Position numbers and translations under genes: made by a program. Shown here piece after piece: positions 1-11,929 of a DNA stretch of 64,000 nt. The notes below the pieces were generated by a model. It had not been told where the DNA came from, made no database searches, and saw only the letters and a program-made list of their open reading frames with translations. Each line of letters starts with the position of its first letter. Positions within the stretch are counted from its first letter, which is position 1. The stretch comes from an uncultured Solirubrobacterales bacterium (GTDB lineage: Bacteria; Actinomycetota; Thermoleophilia; Solirubrobacterales; Solirubrobacteraceae). The stretch is from contig CAVRCU010000001.1 in assembly GCA_963719725.1 (NCBI GenBank), positions 797,416 to 861,415 on the forward strand, written 5' to 3'.

Positions 1-323
1 GTCGCGAGGCGGATCTCGATGTCCACGCCGGCCGGCAGATGGTCCAGGCGCTGCAGCGAGTCCACCGTCTTGGGGGTGGGCTGATGGATATCGATCAGGC
101 GCTTATGCGTACGGATCTCGAAGTGCTCGCGCGAGTCCTTGTCCTTGAACGGCGAGCGGATCACGCAGTACACGTTCTTTTCGGTCGGCAGCGGCACCGG
201 GCCGGAGACCGTTGCGCCGGTGCGGGTGGCGGTGTCCACGATCTCCTTGGCCGCCGACTCGATCGCCGAGGTGTCGTACGCCTTCAGGCGGATGCGGATC
301 TTGTTCTGGTTGGCCGGTGCCAT
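1..323 (-). CDS. rpsJ: 30S ribosomal protein S10 (3' end runs off window)
   Basis: Manual translation from ATG at 323: [17 protein letters not shown]...[39 protein letters not shown]; follows tuf. Confidence 0.97.
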   Translation of the reverse strand, partial: MAPANQNKIRIRLKAYDTSAIESAAKEIVDTATRTGATVSGPVPLPTEKNVYCVIRSPFKDKDSREHFEIRTHKRLIDIHQPTPKTVDSLQRLDHLPAGVDIEIRLA

Positions 324-420
324 GGTCAGGTGTCTGCGGTGGGTGGTGTCGCTTTGGGCTGGATGTTCTTAATTTCTGCGGGCCTCGCGGCCCGCCGGTG
401 TCGTCGGGCGGAGCGAGAGA

Positions 421-456
421 GGGGGCGGATTCGTGCTCTTTAGAGAATCCGCCCCC
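421..456 (-). promoter_or_regulatory. Strong hairpin in rpsJ 5' leader
   Basis: GGGGGCGGATTC (421-432) pairs with GAATCCGCCCCC (445-456). Confidence 0.45.
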
Positions 457-506
457 CGACCGCGCCTTGCCGGCGAGGCCAAATTCGTCGTATCGGACTG
501 CCAATG

Positions 507-531
507 AAAGGGGCGCCTCGCCAGACGCCCC
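507..531 (-). terminator. Intrinsic terminator-like hairpin after tuf
   Basis: Minus strand GGGGCGTCT-GGCG-AGGCGCCCC then TTTC; short U tract. Confidence 0.5.
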
Positions 532-535
532 GGTG

Positions 536-1720
536 CTACTCGATGATCTCTGCGACCACGCCCGAACCGACCGTGCGCCCACCCTCTCGGATCGCGAAGC
601 GCAGGCCCTGGTCCATCGCGATCGGCTGGATCAGCTCGATCTCCATCTGGACGTTGTCGCCCGGCATCACCATCTCGACGCCCTCGGGCAGCTTGGCCAC
701 GCCGGTGACGTCGGTGGTGCGGAAGTAAAACTGAGGCCGGTAGCCCGTGAAGAACGGGGTGTGGCGACCGCCCTCCTCCTTCTTGAGCACGTAGACCTCT
801 GACTTGAACTTGGTGTGCGGCGTGATCGAGCCCGGCTTGCACAGCACCTGGCCGCGCTCGATCTCCTCGCGCTTGGTGCCGCGCAGCAGGCAGCCGACGT
901 TGTCGCCGGCGCGGCCCTCGTCGAGGATCTTGCGGAACATCTCCACCCCCGTGACCACCGTGGAGGTGGAGTCGTGAACGCCGACGATTTCCACGGTGTC
1001 GCCGGTTTTGACGATCCCCTGCTCGATACGCCCCGTCGCGACGGTGCCGCGACCGGTGATCGAGAAGACGTCCTCGACCGGCATCAGGAACGGCTTGTCC
1101 AGCTCGCGCACCGGCTCGGGGATGTAGTCGTCCAGCGCGGTCGCCAGCTCAATGATCTTGGCCTTGTACTGCTCGTCGCCTTCCAGCGCCTTCAGCGCCG
1201 AGCCGATCACGAACGGGATGTCGTCGCCGGGGAAGTCGTATTCGCTCAGCAGCTCGCGGACCTCGACCTCGACCAGTTCCAGCAGCTCCTCGTCGTCGAC
1301 CATGTCGGCCTTGTTGAGGAACACCACGATGTAGGGGACCCCGACCTGGCGGGCCAGCAGGATGTGCTCGCGCGTCTGCGGCATCGGGCCGTCGGCCGCC
1401 GACACCACCAGGATCGCGCCGTCCATCTGGGCGGCCCCGGTGATCATGTTCTTGACGTAGTCCGCGTGGCCCGGGCAGTCGACGTGCGCGTAGTGGCGCT
1501 TGTCGGTCGTGTACTCCACGTGCGAGGTGGCGATCGTGATGCCGCGTTCCTTCTCCTCGGGCGCGTTGTCGATCTCCTCGAAGGTGCGGGCTTCCGCGCC
1601 CCCCTTCTCCGCCAGCACCGTCGTGATGGCAGCGGTCAGCGTGGTCTTGCCATGGTCGATGTGACCGATGGTGCCGACGTTGATGTGCGGCTTGTCGCGC
1701 TCGAACTTCTCCTTCGCCAC
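536..1720 (-). CDS. tuf: Elongation factor Tu
   Basis: [33 protein letters not shown] motifs; 394 aa. Confidence 0.99.
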   Translation of the reverse strand: MAKEKFERDKPHINVGTIGHIDHGKTTLTAAITTVLAEKGGAEARTFEEIDNAPEEKERGITIATSHVEYTTDKRHYAHVDCPGHADYVKNMITGAAQMDGAILVVSAADGPMPQTREHILLARQVGVPYIVVFLNKADMVDDEELLELVEVEVRELLSEYDFPGDDIPFVIGSALKALEGDEQYKAKIIELATALDDYIPEPVRELDKPFLMPVEDVFSITGRGTVATGRIEQGIVKTGDTVEIVGVHDSTSTVVTGVEMFRKILDEGRAGDNVGCLLRGTKREEIERGQVLCKPGSITPHTKFKSEVYVLKKEEGGRHTPFFTGYRPQFYFRTTDVTGVAKLPEGVEMVMPGDNVQMEIELIQPIAMDQGLRFAIREGGRTVGSGVVAEIIE

Positions 1721-1807
1721 TTTCTGTTCGCTCCTATATCGACTGGTTTAGTTCGCCGCTTGGGGACGAACCGGGGAAATCTATCTGAACTGAAACTTTC
1801 GTGCCGT

Positions 1808-3910
<2,103 letters not shown>

Positions 3911-3987
3911 CGATCGGTGGAGGTGGGAGTGGGTTCGGACGGTGAGTTTTGGGCTGTGGCTCGTCTTGGGCTGCGGGCGCTGCGGGC

Positions 3988-4140
3988 AAAAAAAGAGGCC
4001 CCTCGGGCCCACGCGCGCGCTGCTGGTATCAGGCCGGTCGCGTCGCTATCTGCTCGAGAGCTCCATACTGGTATATCGCCTCACGGAGGGCCACGCTCGC
4101 ACGACTGCGCCCAGCGTCCAGCGGAGGCCGACTATAGCAG
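3988..4140 (-). promoter_or_regulatory. fusA promoter plus structured leader ending in a terminator (candidate attenuator)
   Basis: Extended -10 TGCTATAGT at ~4131-4139; hairpin GGGCCC-GAG-GGGCCT then C and T7 at 3988-4010, 78 nt upstream of fusA ATG. Confidence 0.6.
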
Positions 4141-4151
4141 AGGCTCGATCC

Positions 4152-4706
4152 TCAGCGGCCGGGTCCGTCGGAGCCGATGTCCACGTCCTCGAAGACAGCC
4201 CGCAGACGGGTGAGCACCCGGGTGGCGGCGCGCAGCTCCGCTGCGTCCACGTCCGCGAGCGCCTGCTCCCAGCGGCCCTGCCACTTGCGGCGCTTGGCCT
4301 CGATCTCCTGCCGGCCCCGGGGAGTCAGGCGCGAGACCACCACGCGCCTGTCGGTCTCCAGGCGCGCCCGCTCGACATGGCCGCCGTCGGCGAGATGCTC
4401 GAGCATCTGCGTCACCGTCGCCGGGGTCAGGTGGGCCGCGGCGGCGAGCTGACCTGCGGACAGCTCGCCCTGCTCGTCCAGCTCGAACAGCAGCTCGCAC
4501 TGGGCGTGGCTCAGGTCGCCGCCGGCGAGGTGGGTGTCGCGCCCGCGCAGGCGGCTGAGGCCGCGGAACACCCGGCGAAACGCTTTGCCCAGCTCGACCA
4601 GCTCAGCGGCCCACTGCTCCTGCAGAGCCCCGGTGGCGGCATCGGACGAGCGCTGCTCAGCGCGGGTTGGCAGTTCGGTGGGCATCGGTGCGGGTGTTGT
4701 GGACAT
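4152..4706 (-). CDS. MarR family transcriptional regulator
   Basis: wHTH ...LSAGQLAAAAHLTPATVTQMLEHL...VER...DRRVVVSRLT..G. Confidence 0.93.
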   Translation of the reverse strand: MSTTPAPMPTELPTRAEQRSSDAATGALQEQWAAELVELGKAFRRVFRGLSRLRGRDTHLAGGDLSHAQCELLFELDEQGELSAGQLAAAAHLTPATVTQMLEHLADGGHVERARLETDRRVVVSRLTPRGRQEIEAKRRKWQGRWEQALADVDAAELRAATRVLTRLRAVFEDVDIGSDGPGR

Positions 4707-4719
4707 ATTTTTTCAGACG

Positions 4720-4741
4720 GCGTATAGCGATTGTCATACGC
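4720..4741. promoter_or_regulatory. 22-bp palindromic operator upstream of marR
   Basis: GCGTATAGCGATTGTCATACGC; 20/22 match to the reverse complement of 34771-34792. Confidence 0.65.
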
Positions 4742-4790
4742 TGGCCGGCTTTTCACACTCACTCAGACCCGACCGCTGCAACCCGACCGC

Positions 4791-6326
4791 TCAGACCCCC
4801 ACCGGCTCCACGACCCTCTCCGCCGCGCTCCCGGCCTCCTCGGCTCCACTGTCCCCCGGGTCGGCCGGCCGCCGATCCGCGGCCCCGCGGCCGCCGGCCG
4901 CGACCGGGCGCTCGGCGCGCAGCAGCATCGTGCACGGGATCAGCGACAGCGCCGCGATCCCCAGCGCCCACCAGTAGGCGGTGTCGAACGCCGCCGCGTG
5001 CTCTGCGGGAGTCACGGCGTGAGCGCTGGCGCGCTGCAGAACCACCGCGAGCACCGCGGTGCCGATCGCGCCGCCGGTGCGCTGCAGCGCGTTGATCTGC
5101 GGAGTCGCGTCGGAGATCTGCTCGGGGCGCATCGCCCCGAAGGCGGCCGTCATCGCCGGCATGAAGCACAGCCCGATGCTCAGGCCGCGCACCACGAGCA
5201 CCAGCGAGATCGCGACGATCGAGGTGTCCGCGCCGATGAACGTGAGCGGGATCGTGCTGAGGCACAGCACGCTCACCCCCACGATCGCCACGCGCCCGCC
5301 GCCGAAGCGCTGGGTCAGACGGCTGGCGAGCGGCATCGCGATCAGCGCCCCGATCCCCTGCGGACCGGTGAGCAGGCCGGTGGCGATGACGCTCGCCCCG
5401 CGCACTTCCTGGTAGTAGAGCGGCACCATGATCATCGCCCCGAACAGCGCCGCCCCGAGGCCGAAGTTGGTGAACGCGGCGCCCGCGAACACGCGGTTGG
5501 CGTACATCCGGATGTCCAGCAGCGGGCGCTCCACGCGCAGCGCGTGCACGCAGAACAGCGCCGTCAGCGCGAGTCCGGCGAAGAATGGGATCAGCACGTG
5601 CCCCGAGCCCAGCGCCTCGCCCGCGCCGAGCTCTGAGACGCCGTAGACGATCGCCGCCGCGCCTGCGGGCAGCAGCGCGAGGCCCAGCAGATCCAAGCGG
5701 CCGGCCTCGCCGGAGTCCGTCTGGGGCACCAGGCGCCAGGCGAGAGCGAACGCGATCACACCGATCGGGATGTTCACGAAGAAGATCCACGACCAGTGCA
5801 GGTTCTGCAGGATCAGGCCGCCGACGACGGGGCCGAGGATCGGGGCGAGCATCGCGGGCATCGTCACCACCCCCATCACCCGCCCCATCCGCAAGGGCCC
5901 TGCCACCTGGGCCATGAGCATCATCGCGACCGGCATGATCATCCCGCCTCCCACTCCCTGCAGCACGCGGAACAGCACCAGCGTCGCGGTCGTGTTCGCC
6001 AGGCCGCACAGCGCGGAGCCCACGGTGAACAGAACCAGCGACGTCAGGTAGACCCGTCGCGCCCCGAAGCGCCGCGCCGCCCAGCCCGTCACCGGGATCA
6101 CGGCGGCGAGCGCGAGCAGGTAGCCGGTGATCACCCACTGGACCTGCGACAGCGGGCTGTGCAGATCCCCAGAGAGCGTGTGCAGCGCGACGTTGACGAT
6201 CGTCGTGTCGAGGATCGACATCATCATCCCGAGGATCACCACGCCCGAGATCACCCACACGTGTCGCTCGATGTGGGCGCCGGCGGGCTGGTTGGGCTGG
6301 TCGGAGCTGTACGCAGACGAAGACAT
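4791..6326 (-). CDS. DHA2/EmrB-QacA MFS efflux transporter
   Basis: LDTTIVNVAL, WVITGYLLA, RFGARR, RVLQGVGGG, WSWIFFVNIPIG motifs. Confidence 0.95.
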   Translation of the reverse strand: MSSSAYSSDQPNQPAGAHIERHVWVISGVVILGMMMSILDTTIVNVALHTLSGDLHSPLSQVQWVITGYLLALAAVIPVTGWAARRFGARRVYLTSLVLFTVGSALCGLANTTATLVLFRVLQGVGGGMIMPVAMMLMAQVAGPLRMGRVMGVVTMPAMLAPILGPVVGGLILQNLHWSWIFFVNIPIGVIAFALAWRLVPQTDSGEAGRLDLLGLALLPAGAAAIVYGVSELGAGEALGSGHVLIPFFAGLALTALFCVHALRVERPLLDIRMYANRVFAGAAFTNFGLGAALFGAMIMVPLYYQEVRGASVIATGLLTGPQGIGALIAMPLASRLTQRFGGGRVAIVGVSVLCLSTIPLTFIGADTSIVAISLVLVVRGLSIGLCFMPAMTAAFGAMRPEQISDATPQINALQRTGGAIGTAVLAVVLQRASAHAVTPAEHAAAFDTAYWWALGIAALSLIPCTMLLRAERPVAAGGRGAADRRPADPGDSGAEEAGSAAERVVEPVGV

Positions 6327-6366
6327 TCGGTACCGAAATGTTAGGTACCAAACGATTCCCTGTCAA
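6326..6366 (-). promoter_or_regulatory. Sigma70 promoter of MFS gene overlapped by two palindromic boxes
   Basis: TTGACA (6361-6366)-N17-TAACAT (6338-6343); boxes TTCGGTACCGAA (6326-6337) and TTAGGTACCAAA (6341-6352). Confidence 0.75.
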
Positions 6367-6440
6367 GTCAAGGGATGAGCGCCAAATTCCCGAACCGCGC
6401 GCTCCGCGACCCGTCGCGGTGGAGTCCGTCGCGCGGACCC

Positions 6441-7697
6441 TCAGATGACGGACTCGACCGCCTGCGGGCGCAGCGCGTCGAGCTCCTCCAAGCGCAGCGC
6501 GACTTCGAGCTCGGCTTGATGGGTGTGCAGCATCCGCCCCAGCTTCTGCTCGATCGCGCGCAGACGGTTTTCGACCGTGTGACGGGCGACACCCAGCACG
6601 CTGGCCGTCGAGGACGCGTTGCGCTCCGCGGCGAAATATGCACGCAGCGTCTGACGCAGCACCGCTCCTCTGGTCCCCTTGCCCAGCGGCGAGAGGTAGA
6701 TCTCCACCAGCGACCGGGCCAACGCGTCGTCGCGCAGCACAGATGCCAGGAGCGCGACATCGACATAGCGCGTGAGTCGCTGCGGTTTTTGCAGGGCGAT
6801 CAACAGCGCCGCCTGGGCCTGCCGGTGTGTCAGGCGCCATCCCTCGATCCCCCACCCGGGCTCCCCGATAGCCAGCGAAGCCTCATCGAGCTCGTCGCCG
6901 TCCAGCAGGACCGCGACCTCGCCGACCGCGAGCCTCTGTCGCCCGCCGAACCACGCCCACACGGTTTCCTCGCCACGCGACACGCACAGCAGATCCCGAC
7001 CGAGGCCGACCGCCAGGCACTCCAGCATCCCGTCCGCCCCCGCGCCCGTCGCGATCACGCCCAGATGCCAAGCATCGAACTCGTATCCCAGCTCGGTGCT
7101 GTCGAGGGTCCCACCGTCGAGCAACCTCTGCACATGCTCGGTGCGGCGGCGCTCGGGCGAGCGCCCGGCCCGTTCGACCTCGCGCGTGTACTCGCTGGTG
7201 ATCGCGGCCATCAGTCGGTCCACCAGCGCAGCCTGCGTATTCACCACATCGCGCAGCACCGCCCCCCCGTGGTCACGGAAGTCGCCGCGATCGGCCTCCT
7301 GCATCAGATAGTCCCTCACCAGCGTGCCGCCGATCGCGTAGCGGCGCAGGACCGTGTCCAAGCTCACACGGGCCCGCGCCGCGCGCCGCGCCTGCGCCAA
7401 CGCCGCCGGCGGGATCGCGCTCGCCCACTCCTCCCCCCACTCGACCCCCGTCAGGGCGTAGTCCACGGCTGCCGCGACCGCTGCCCGCAGCCCCACGATG
7501 TACTCGGCGTCCTCGCCTTCGCCCGAGTCGTGGGTGACGTCACGAACCCGCGCAAAGATCGCGTCCTCCAATTCGGCGCGCCGCGCTCGCACTCGATCGG
7601 CAAGCGCGACTCGAATGCGCTCACGCGACCCGCCACCACGATCACCCGTCATCTGCACGCGGAGCTCCCCCTTCCGATCAGGCTCCCCGGCCGCCAA
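6441..7697 (-). CDS. PucR/CdaR family regulator
   Basis: C-terminal LRQTLRAYF...NASSTASVLGVARHTVENRLRAIEQKLG HTH; start may be ATG at 7652. Confidence 0.9.
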   Translation of the reverse strand: MAAGEPDRKGELRVQMTGDRGGGSRERIRVALADRVRARRAELEDAIFARVRDVTHDSGEGEDAEYIVGLRAAVAAAVDYALTGVEWGEEWASAIPPAALAQARRAARARVSLDTVLRRYAIGGTLVRDYLMQEADRGDFRDHGGAVLRDVVNTQAALVDRLMAAITSEYTREVERAGRSPERRRTEHVQRLLDGGTLDSTELGYEFDAWHLGVIATGAGADGMLECLAVGLGRDLLCVSRGEETVWAWFGGRQRLAVGEVAVLLDGDELDEASLAIGEPGWGIEGWRLTHRQAQAALLIALQKPQRLTRYVDVALLASVLRDDALARSLVEIYLSPLGKGTRGAVLRQTLRAYFAAERNASSTASVLGVARHTVENRLRAIEQKLGRMLHTHQAELEVALRLEELDALRPQAVESVI

Positions 7698-7770
7698 TAA
7701 ACACTGACGGTGATCCTAGACGGGTGCGACAATACTTGTCAAGAGTTCTTTGTCGGAGATACGGGGAGTA

Positions 7771-7813
7771 TTGCGTAAACATAAGCGTAGTAATATAATC
7801 CAGCCTGATTATA
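7771..7813 (+). promoter_or_regulatory. Sigma70 promoter with palindrome between divergent PucR and TetR genes
   Basis: TTGCGT-N17-TATAAT; TATAATC-N6-GATTATA inverted repeat 7794-7813. Confidence 0.6.
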
Positions 7814-7907
7814 CAACCTCTTTCCAGAGGCTCCAACAGACATGCGCCAAGGCTACGCCTGATGGCTGAAACATCTCTCCCTTGAATCGCTTCACGAGAT
7901 CGAACCG

Positions 7908-9255
7908 ATGGCGCCTCAGCGGGCGAGCACGGGCCCGATAATAAACACCGTGTCCAAAAATGGTCGCAAAGACACCCAGCGCGCGCGACTGGTGGACGGC
8001 ATGGTCCAGGCGGCCGTGCGCGAGGGGTATGCCGGTGCGACAGTCCGTCGGGTGATCGCCTATGCGGGCGTCTCGCGACCCACCTTCTACGACTACTTCC
8101 AGGACAGAGACGACTGCTTTCTGGCCGTCCACCGCGAGATCGCCGAGCGACTGCTCGAGCGGGTCCGCCGGGCCGTCGCGCTGGGACCGCCCGAGTGCGC
8201 TGTCGAGGCCGGCGCCCGCGCGCTGCTCGAGCTGGCCAAAACGGAGCCCGACGCCACCCAGCTGCTCACCAACGAGACGATGGCCGCAGGCCCGGCCGCG
8301 CTCGACCGGCGCGACAGCACGATCGCGCAGATCGCGCAGATCATCGAGCGTGCCCGCAGCCGGGCGCCGCTGGACGCGGCGACCCCGGACATCCCCACGA
8401 GCGCGATGCTCGGTGCGATTCACTGGCTGCTCGCACCGCCGCTGCGCCGTGGCGAACGCGACCTCACGGAGCTCACCGCGGATCTGATCGGCTGGATCGA
8501 GAGCTATCGGCGACCCACTCGAGAGCACCGCTGGAGCTCGCTGGAGCCCGGCCCGCCGATTGCGCCCTCGCCGGCATGCATCCGAGCTCTCGCTGCAGCC
8601 GCCGCCTCCCCTCCCCCCCGGACGACCGCGCCTGTCCACCGCCGAGATCGCCCGCAATCATCGCGAGCGAATCCTGTTCGCCACCGCAGAGGTCGCCGCG
8701 CGCAAGGGCTATGCCGCCGCCACGGTCACTGACATCACGAGCGCCGCGGGTGTCGACAGGCGCGTCTTCTACCGTCACTTCCGCGACAAGCAGCAGGCAT
8801 TTCTCGCCGTCCACGAGCTCGCCTTCAGGGAAACCATGGTCCTTGCGGCCAGCGCCTTCTTCAGCGCCGTGACCTGGCCCGAACGCATCTGGGAGGGCCT
8901 GCGCGCGATCAGCCAGTTCCCGGCCACCTACCCGACACTGGCCCATATCGGCTTCGTCGAGTCCCACGCCGTCGGCACACCGGCGGTACAGCGCATCGAC
9001 GACACCCGCGCAGCCTTCATGCTCTTTCTTCAGCAAGGCCTGCAGCATGCGGCCCACCCCCCGTCCCCGAACGCCCAGGAGGCGATCACCGCGACGGTCT
9101 TCGAGATCGGCTACCGCCACGCCCGCGCCGGCAACACCCGCGACATGTCGGGCCTGGCCTACCAGGCCACCTACCTTGCGCTCGCCCCGTTTCTCGGCCC
9201 CGAAGCCGCGGACGAGTTCGTCGGCGGCAAGCTCGCCGAGATCTACCAGCGGTAG
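7908..9255 (+). CDS. Tandem (two-domain) TetR family regulator, one frameshift near 8575
   Basis: Two TetR HTH units ([50 protein letters not shown]) in overlapping ORFs 7908-8732 and 8560-9255. Confidence 0.8.
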
Positions 9256-9713
9256 TGCGCGAAGGCCTTGTTGGCCTGGGCCATACGGTAGATGTCGTCC
9301 TTGCGCTTATACGCCCCGCCCTGCTGAGACTGGGCGTCCAGCAGCTCGTGGGCCAAGCGCTGGGCCATCGTCTTCTCGCGACGCTGGCGGGCGAACTCCA
9401 CCAGCCAGCGCACCGCCAGGGTGCGAGCGCGGCGGGCCGGAACCTCGACCGGCACCTGATAGGTGGCTCCGCCCACCCGTCTGGAACGGACCTCCAGCGT
9501 CGGCGTCAGCGCCTTCACGGAGGCCTCCAACGACTCGATCGGGTCCTTGTCGCTGCGCTCGCCCAGCAGCGCCAGCGCGTCGTAGACGATCCGCTCGGCC
9601 ACGGACTTCTTGCCGTCGAGCATCACCTTGTTGACGACCTGCTGGACCAGCTTGGAGCGGTGGATCGGGTCCGCCTCCAACGGGCGGATCTGAGCGGCTG
9701 CGCGACGGGGCAT
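9243..9713 (-). CDS. rpsG: 30S ribosomal protein S7
   Basis: MPRR...[14 protein letters not shown]...[13 protein letters not shown]. Confidence 0.99.
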   Translation of the reverse strand: MPRRAAAQIRPLEADPIHRSKLVQQVVNKVMLDGKKSVAERIVYDALALLGERSDKDPIESLEASVKALTPTLEVRSRRVGGATYQVPVEVPARRARTLAVRWLVEFARQRREKTMAQRLAHELLDAQSQQGGAYKRKDDIYRMAQANKAFAHYRW

Positions 9714-9729
9714 CGGTGCTGGACCGCCG

Positions 9730-10125
9730 CTACTTCCGCTTCACGCCGTACTGCGAGCGGGCCTTCTTGCGGTCGCTCACCCCGGCCGCGTCGAGCGTCC
9801 CGCGCACCACCTTGTAGCGCACGCCCGGCAGATCCTTGACACGGCCCCCGCGCACCAGCACCACCGAGTGCTCCTGCAGATTGTGTCCCTCTCCCGGGAT
9901 GTACGCCGTCACTTCGATCGAGCCCGAGATCCGCACCCGCGCCACCTTGCGCAGCGCGGAGTTCGGCTTCTTCGGGGTCGTCGTGTATACGCGGGTGCAC
10001 ACACCTCGCCGCTGCGGAGCAGCGACCTTCTTCTTGCGGCCTTTGCCCGACTTCAATCCCGGGGTGGCCAGCTTTTTCTTGGGAGCCACGCGGCCCTTGC
10101 GCACAAGCTGAGAGGTCGTCGGCAT
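9730..10125 (-). CDS. rpsL: 30S ribosomal protein S12
   Basis: [30 protein letters not shown]; extended -10 TGCTACCAT ~10 nt upstream suggests a near-leaderless mRNA. Confidence 0.99.
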   Translation of the reverse strand: MPTTSQLVRKGRVAPKKKLATPGLKSGKGRKKKVAAPQRRGVCTRVYTTTPKKPNSALRKVARVRISGSIEVTAYIPGEGHNLQEHSVVLVRGGRVKDLPGVRYKVVRGTLDAAGVSDRKKARSQYGVKRK

Positions 10126-10239
10126 TCGGCACGGGATGGTAGCAGCGCGGCGGCGTGCGCCACGATCGGGTGAGCCGATGAAACGACCCGCGTTGCGGCG
10201 ACCCTCGTCTTGCCGTCGCCGCGACCTGCGTCAGGGCCC

Positions 10240-11115
10240 TTATGCCATCGCCGGCAGGCCCGCCGCACGCGGGGCGGGCATCAGCGCGGCGGCCGTCACC
10301 ACCAACACGAACGCCAGCGCCTGCAGAATGACCCCCGCCGGGCTCGCGGCCATCGGATCGCCGAACACCACGATCCCTCCGGCGATCCCCGCGATGTTCG
10401 CGGCGGTTCCCGTCACCGCGATCACCGGCACCGCCTCGGAGCCCTGCAGGCCCCGCGCCGAGGCGTAGAAGGCCACGATCGAAGCCAGCAGCGCGACCGC
10501 CAGCCACGGGCTCAGTATCAGCCCCGGCAGGCCGTGCACGTGGACGATGCCGGTCAGCGCCTTGATCGCGGTGTCCGACACCCCGAATAGGACGCCGGCG
10601 GCCGCCCCCAGCATCATGCCGTGATGCTGGGCCGGTCCGCCGATCCTGGGGCCCACGATCAGCAGGCCCCCGAGCCCGAACAGCCCCGCCTCGAAGGAGA
10701 TCATGGCCGCCGGGGAGAAGTGCGCGTCGGCCCCGTGCATCGCCGGCAGCGTGAGTCCCAGCAGCACCAGGCCCGCGGCCATCAGCCACAGTCCCACCCA
10801 CTGACGACGACCCACCCGGAAGCCGAACAGACGATCGGCCATCACCGCGATCAGCACCACGCCACCGGCCAGCGCGACCTGCACGACCGACATCGGGGCC
10901 AGCGTCAGCGCCGCCACGTGCAGGCCCCAGGAGAGCACCGCGATGATCATGCCCAGCGTGAACCACCTCGATGCGTACAGCGCCCGCGCCGAGCGCAGCG
11001 GATGGCGCACCGTCACCGTCGGCGCCTCGTTGGCCCCCCGGTGCTTGTAGAAGAAGCCCAGGTTGGTCACGAATGCGCAAGCCAGCGCCAGCAGGATGCC
11101 CAGATCAAGGTTCAC
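10240..11115 (-). CDS. DMT-superfamily membrane protein
   Basis: About 9 hydrophobic segments; HVAALTLAPMSVVQ motif. Confidence 0.7.
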   Translation of the reverse strand: MNLDLGILLALACAFVTNLGFFYKHRGANEAPTVTVRHPLRSARALYASRWFTLGMIIAVLSWGLHVAALTLAPMSVVQVALAGGVVLIAVMADRLFGFRVGRRQWVGLWLMAAGLVLLGLTLPAMHGADAHFSPAAMISFEAGLFGLGGLLIVGPRIGGPAQHHGMMLGAAAGVLFGVSDTAIKALTGIVHVHGLPGLILSPWLAVALLASIVAFYASARGLQGSEAVPVIAVTGTAANIAGIAGGIVVFGDPMAASPAGVILQALAFVLVVTAAALMPAPRAAGLPAMA

Positions 11116-11365
11116 GATTCAGCGGGAAGGGGGTGGTGGGCTCCATCGGCAACGCCTGCATCGGCAGCACCCACCGGGTGCTTTACTGCTCTGGAGCGAT
11201 CCCGGCAGATTAGCCCCCCCAACCTGTGCCCCAGCTAAAGGACGGACGACCCGGACGGACGACTCCGACGGTGCGCACGGGGAAGCGACGGTGCGCACAG
11301 GAAGGACCGGTGGGGCCGGCGGGATCCAAATCCCTTGCAATGCTCGCACGATAGCTCTGCCGCCG

Positions 11366-11929
11366 GTGCCCACACCCAAGCCTCTGCTGATGGTCGACAT
11401 CGACGGCGTCGTCTCGCTGTTCGGCTTCCCCCCGAACGCGCCCCCCGAGGGCACGCTGCACTGGATCGACGGCATACCCCACTTCCTTTCGGCCGCCGCC
11501 GCCCGGCACCTGCTCGGGCTCGCCGGCGCCTTCGAGCTGGTGTGGTGCAGCGGCTGGGAGGAGCGCGCCAACGAACATCTCCCCCACCTGCTCGGCCTGC
11601 CCGGGGAGCTGCCCTTCCTGAGCTTCGAGCGCGGGGTCGGTGACGCAGAGGCGGGGGCCAGTGCGAAGGCGGACGCAGAGGTGGGGGCGGGGGCCGGGGC
11701 GACCAAGTCCATGCATGGTCACTGGAAGCTCCACGCGATCGGGGCCTTCGCGGGAGCGCGCCCGCTTGCCTGGATCGACGACTGCATCGACGCCGCCTGC
11801 CACGCCTGGGCCGCCGCGCGGGCCGCGCCGACACTGCTCGTGCAGACCTCCTCCGAGCACGGGCTCACCGACACCGAGGCCGCGCAGCTGACTCGCTGGG
11901 CGCAGGAGCAGGCGACCTCAGGAGCCTGA
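11366..11929 (+). CDS. HAD-superfamily protein (actinobacterial HAD_SAK-like)
   Basis: LLMVDIDGV (DxDG), LVWCSGW, WK, AWIDD motifs. Confidence 0.75.
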   Translation: MPTPKPLLMVDIDGVVSLFGFPPNAPPEGTLHWIDGIPHFLSAAAARHLLGLAGAFELVWCSGWEERANEHLPHLLGLPGELPFLSFERGVGDAEAGASAKADAEVGAGAGATKSMHGHWKLHAIGAFAGARPLAWIDDCIDAACHAWAAARAAPTLLVQTSSEHGLTDTEAAQLTRWAQEQATSGA

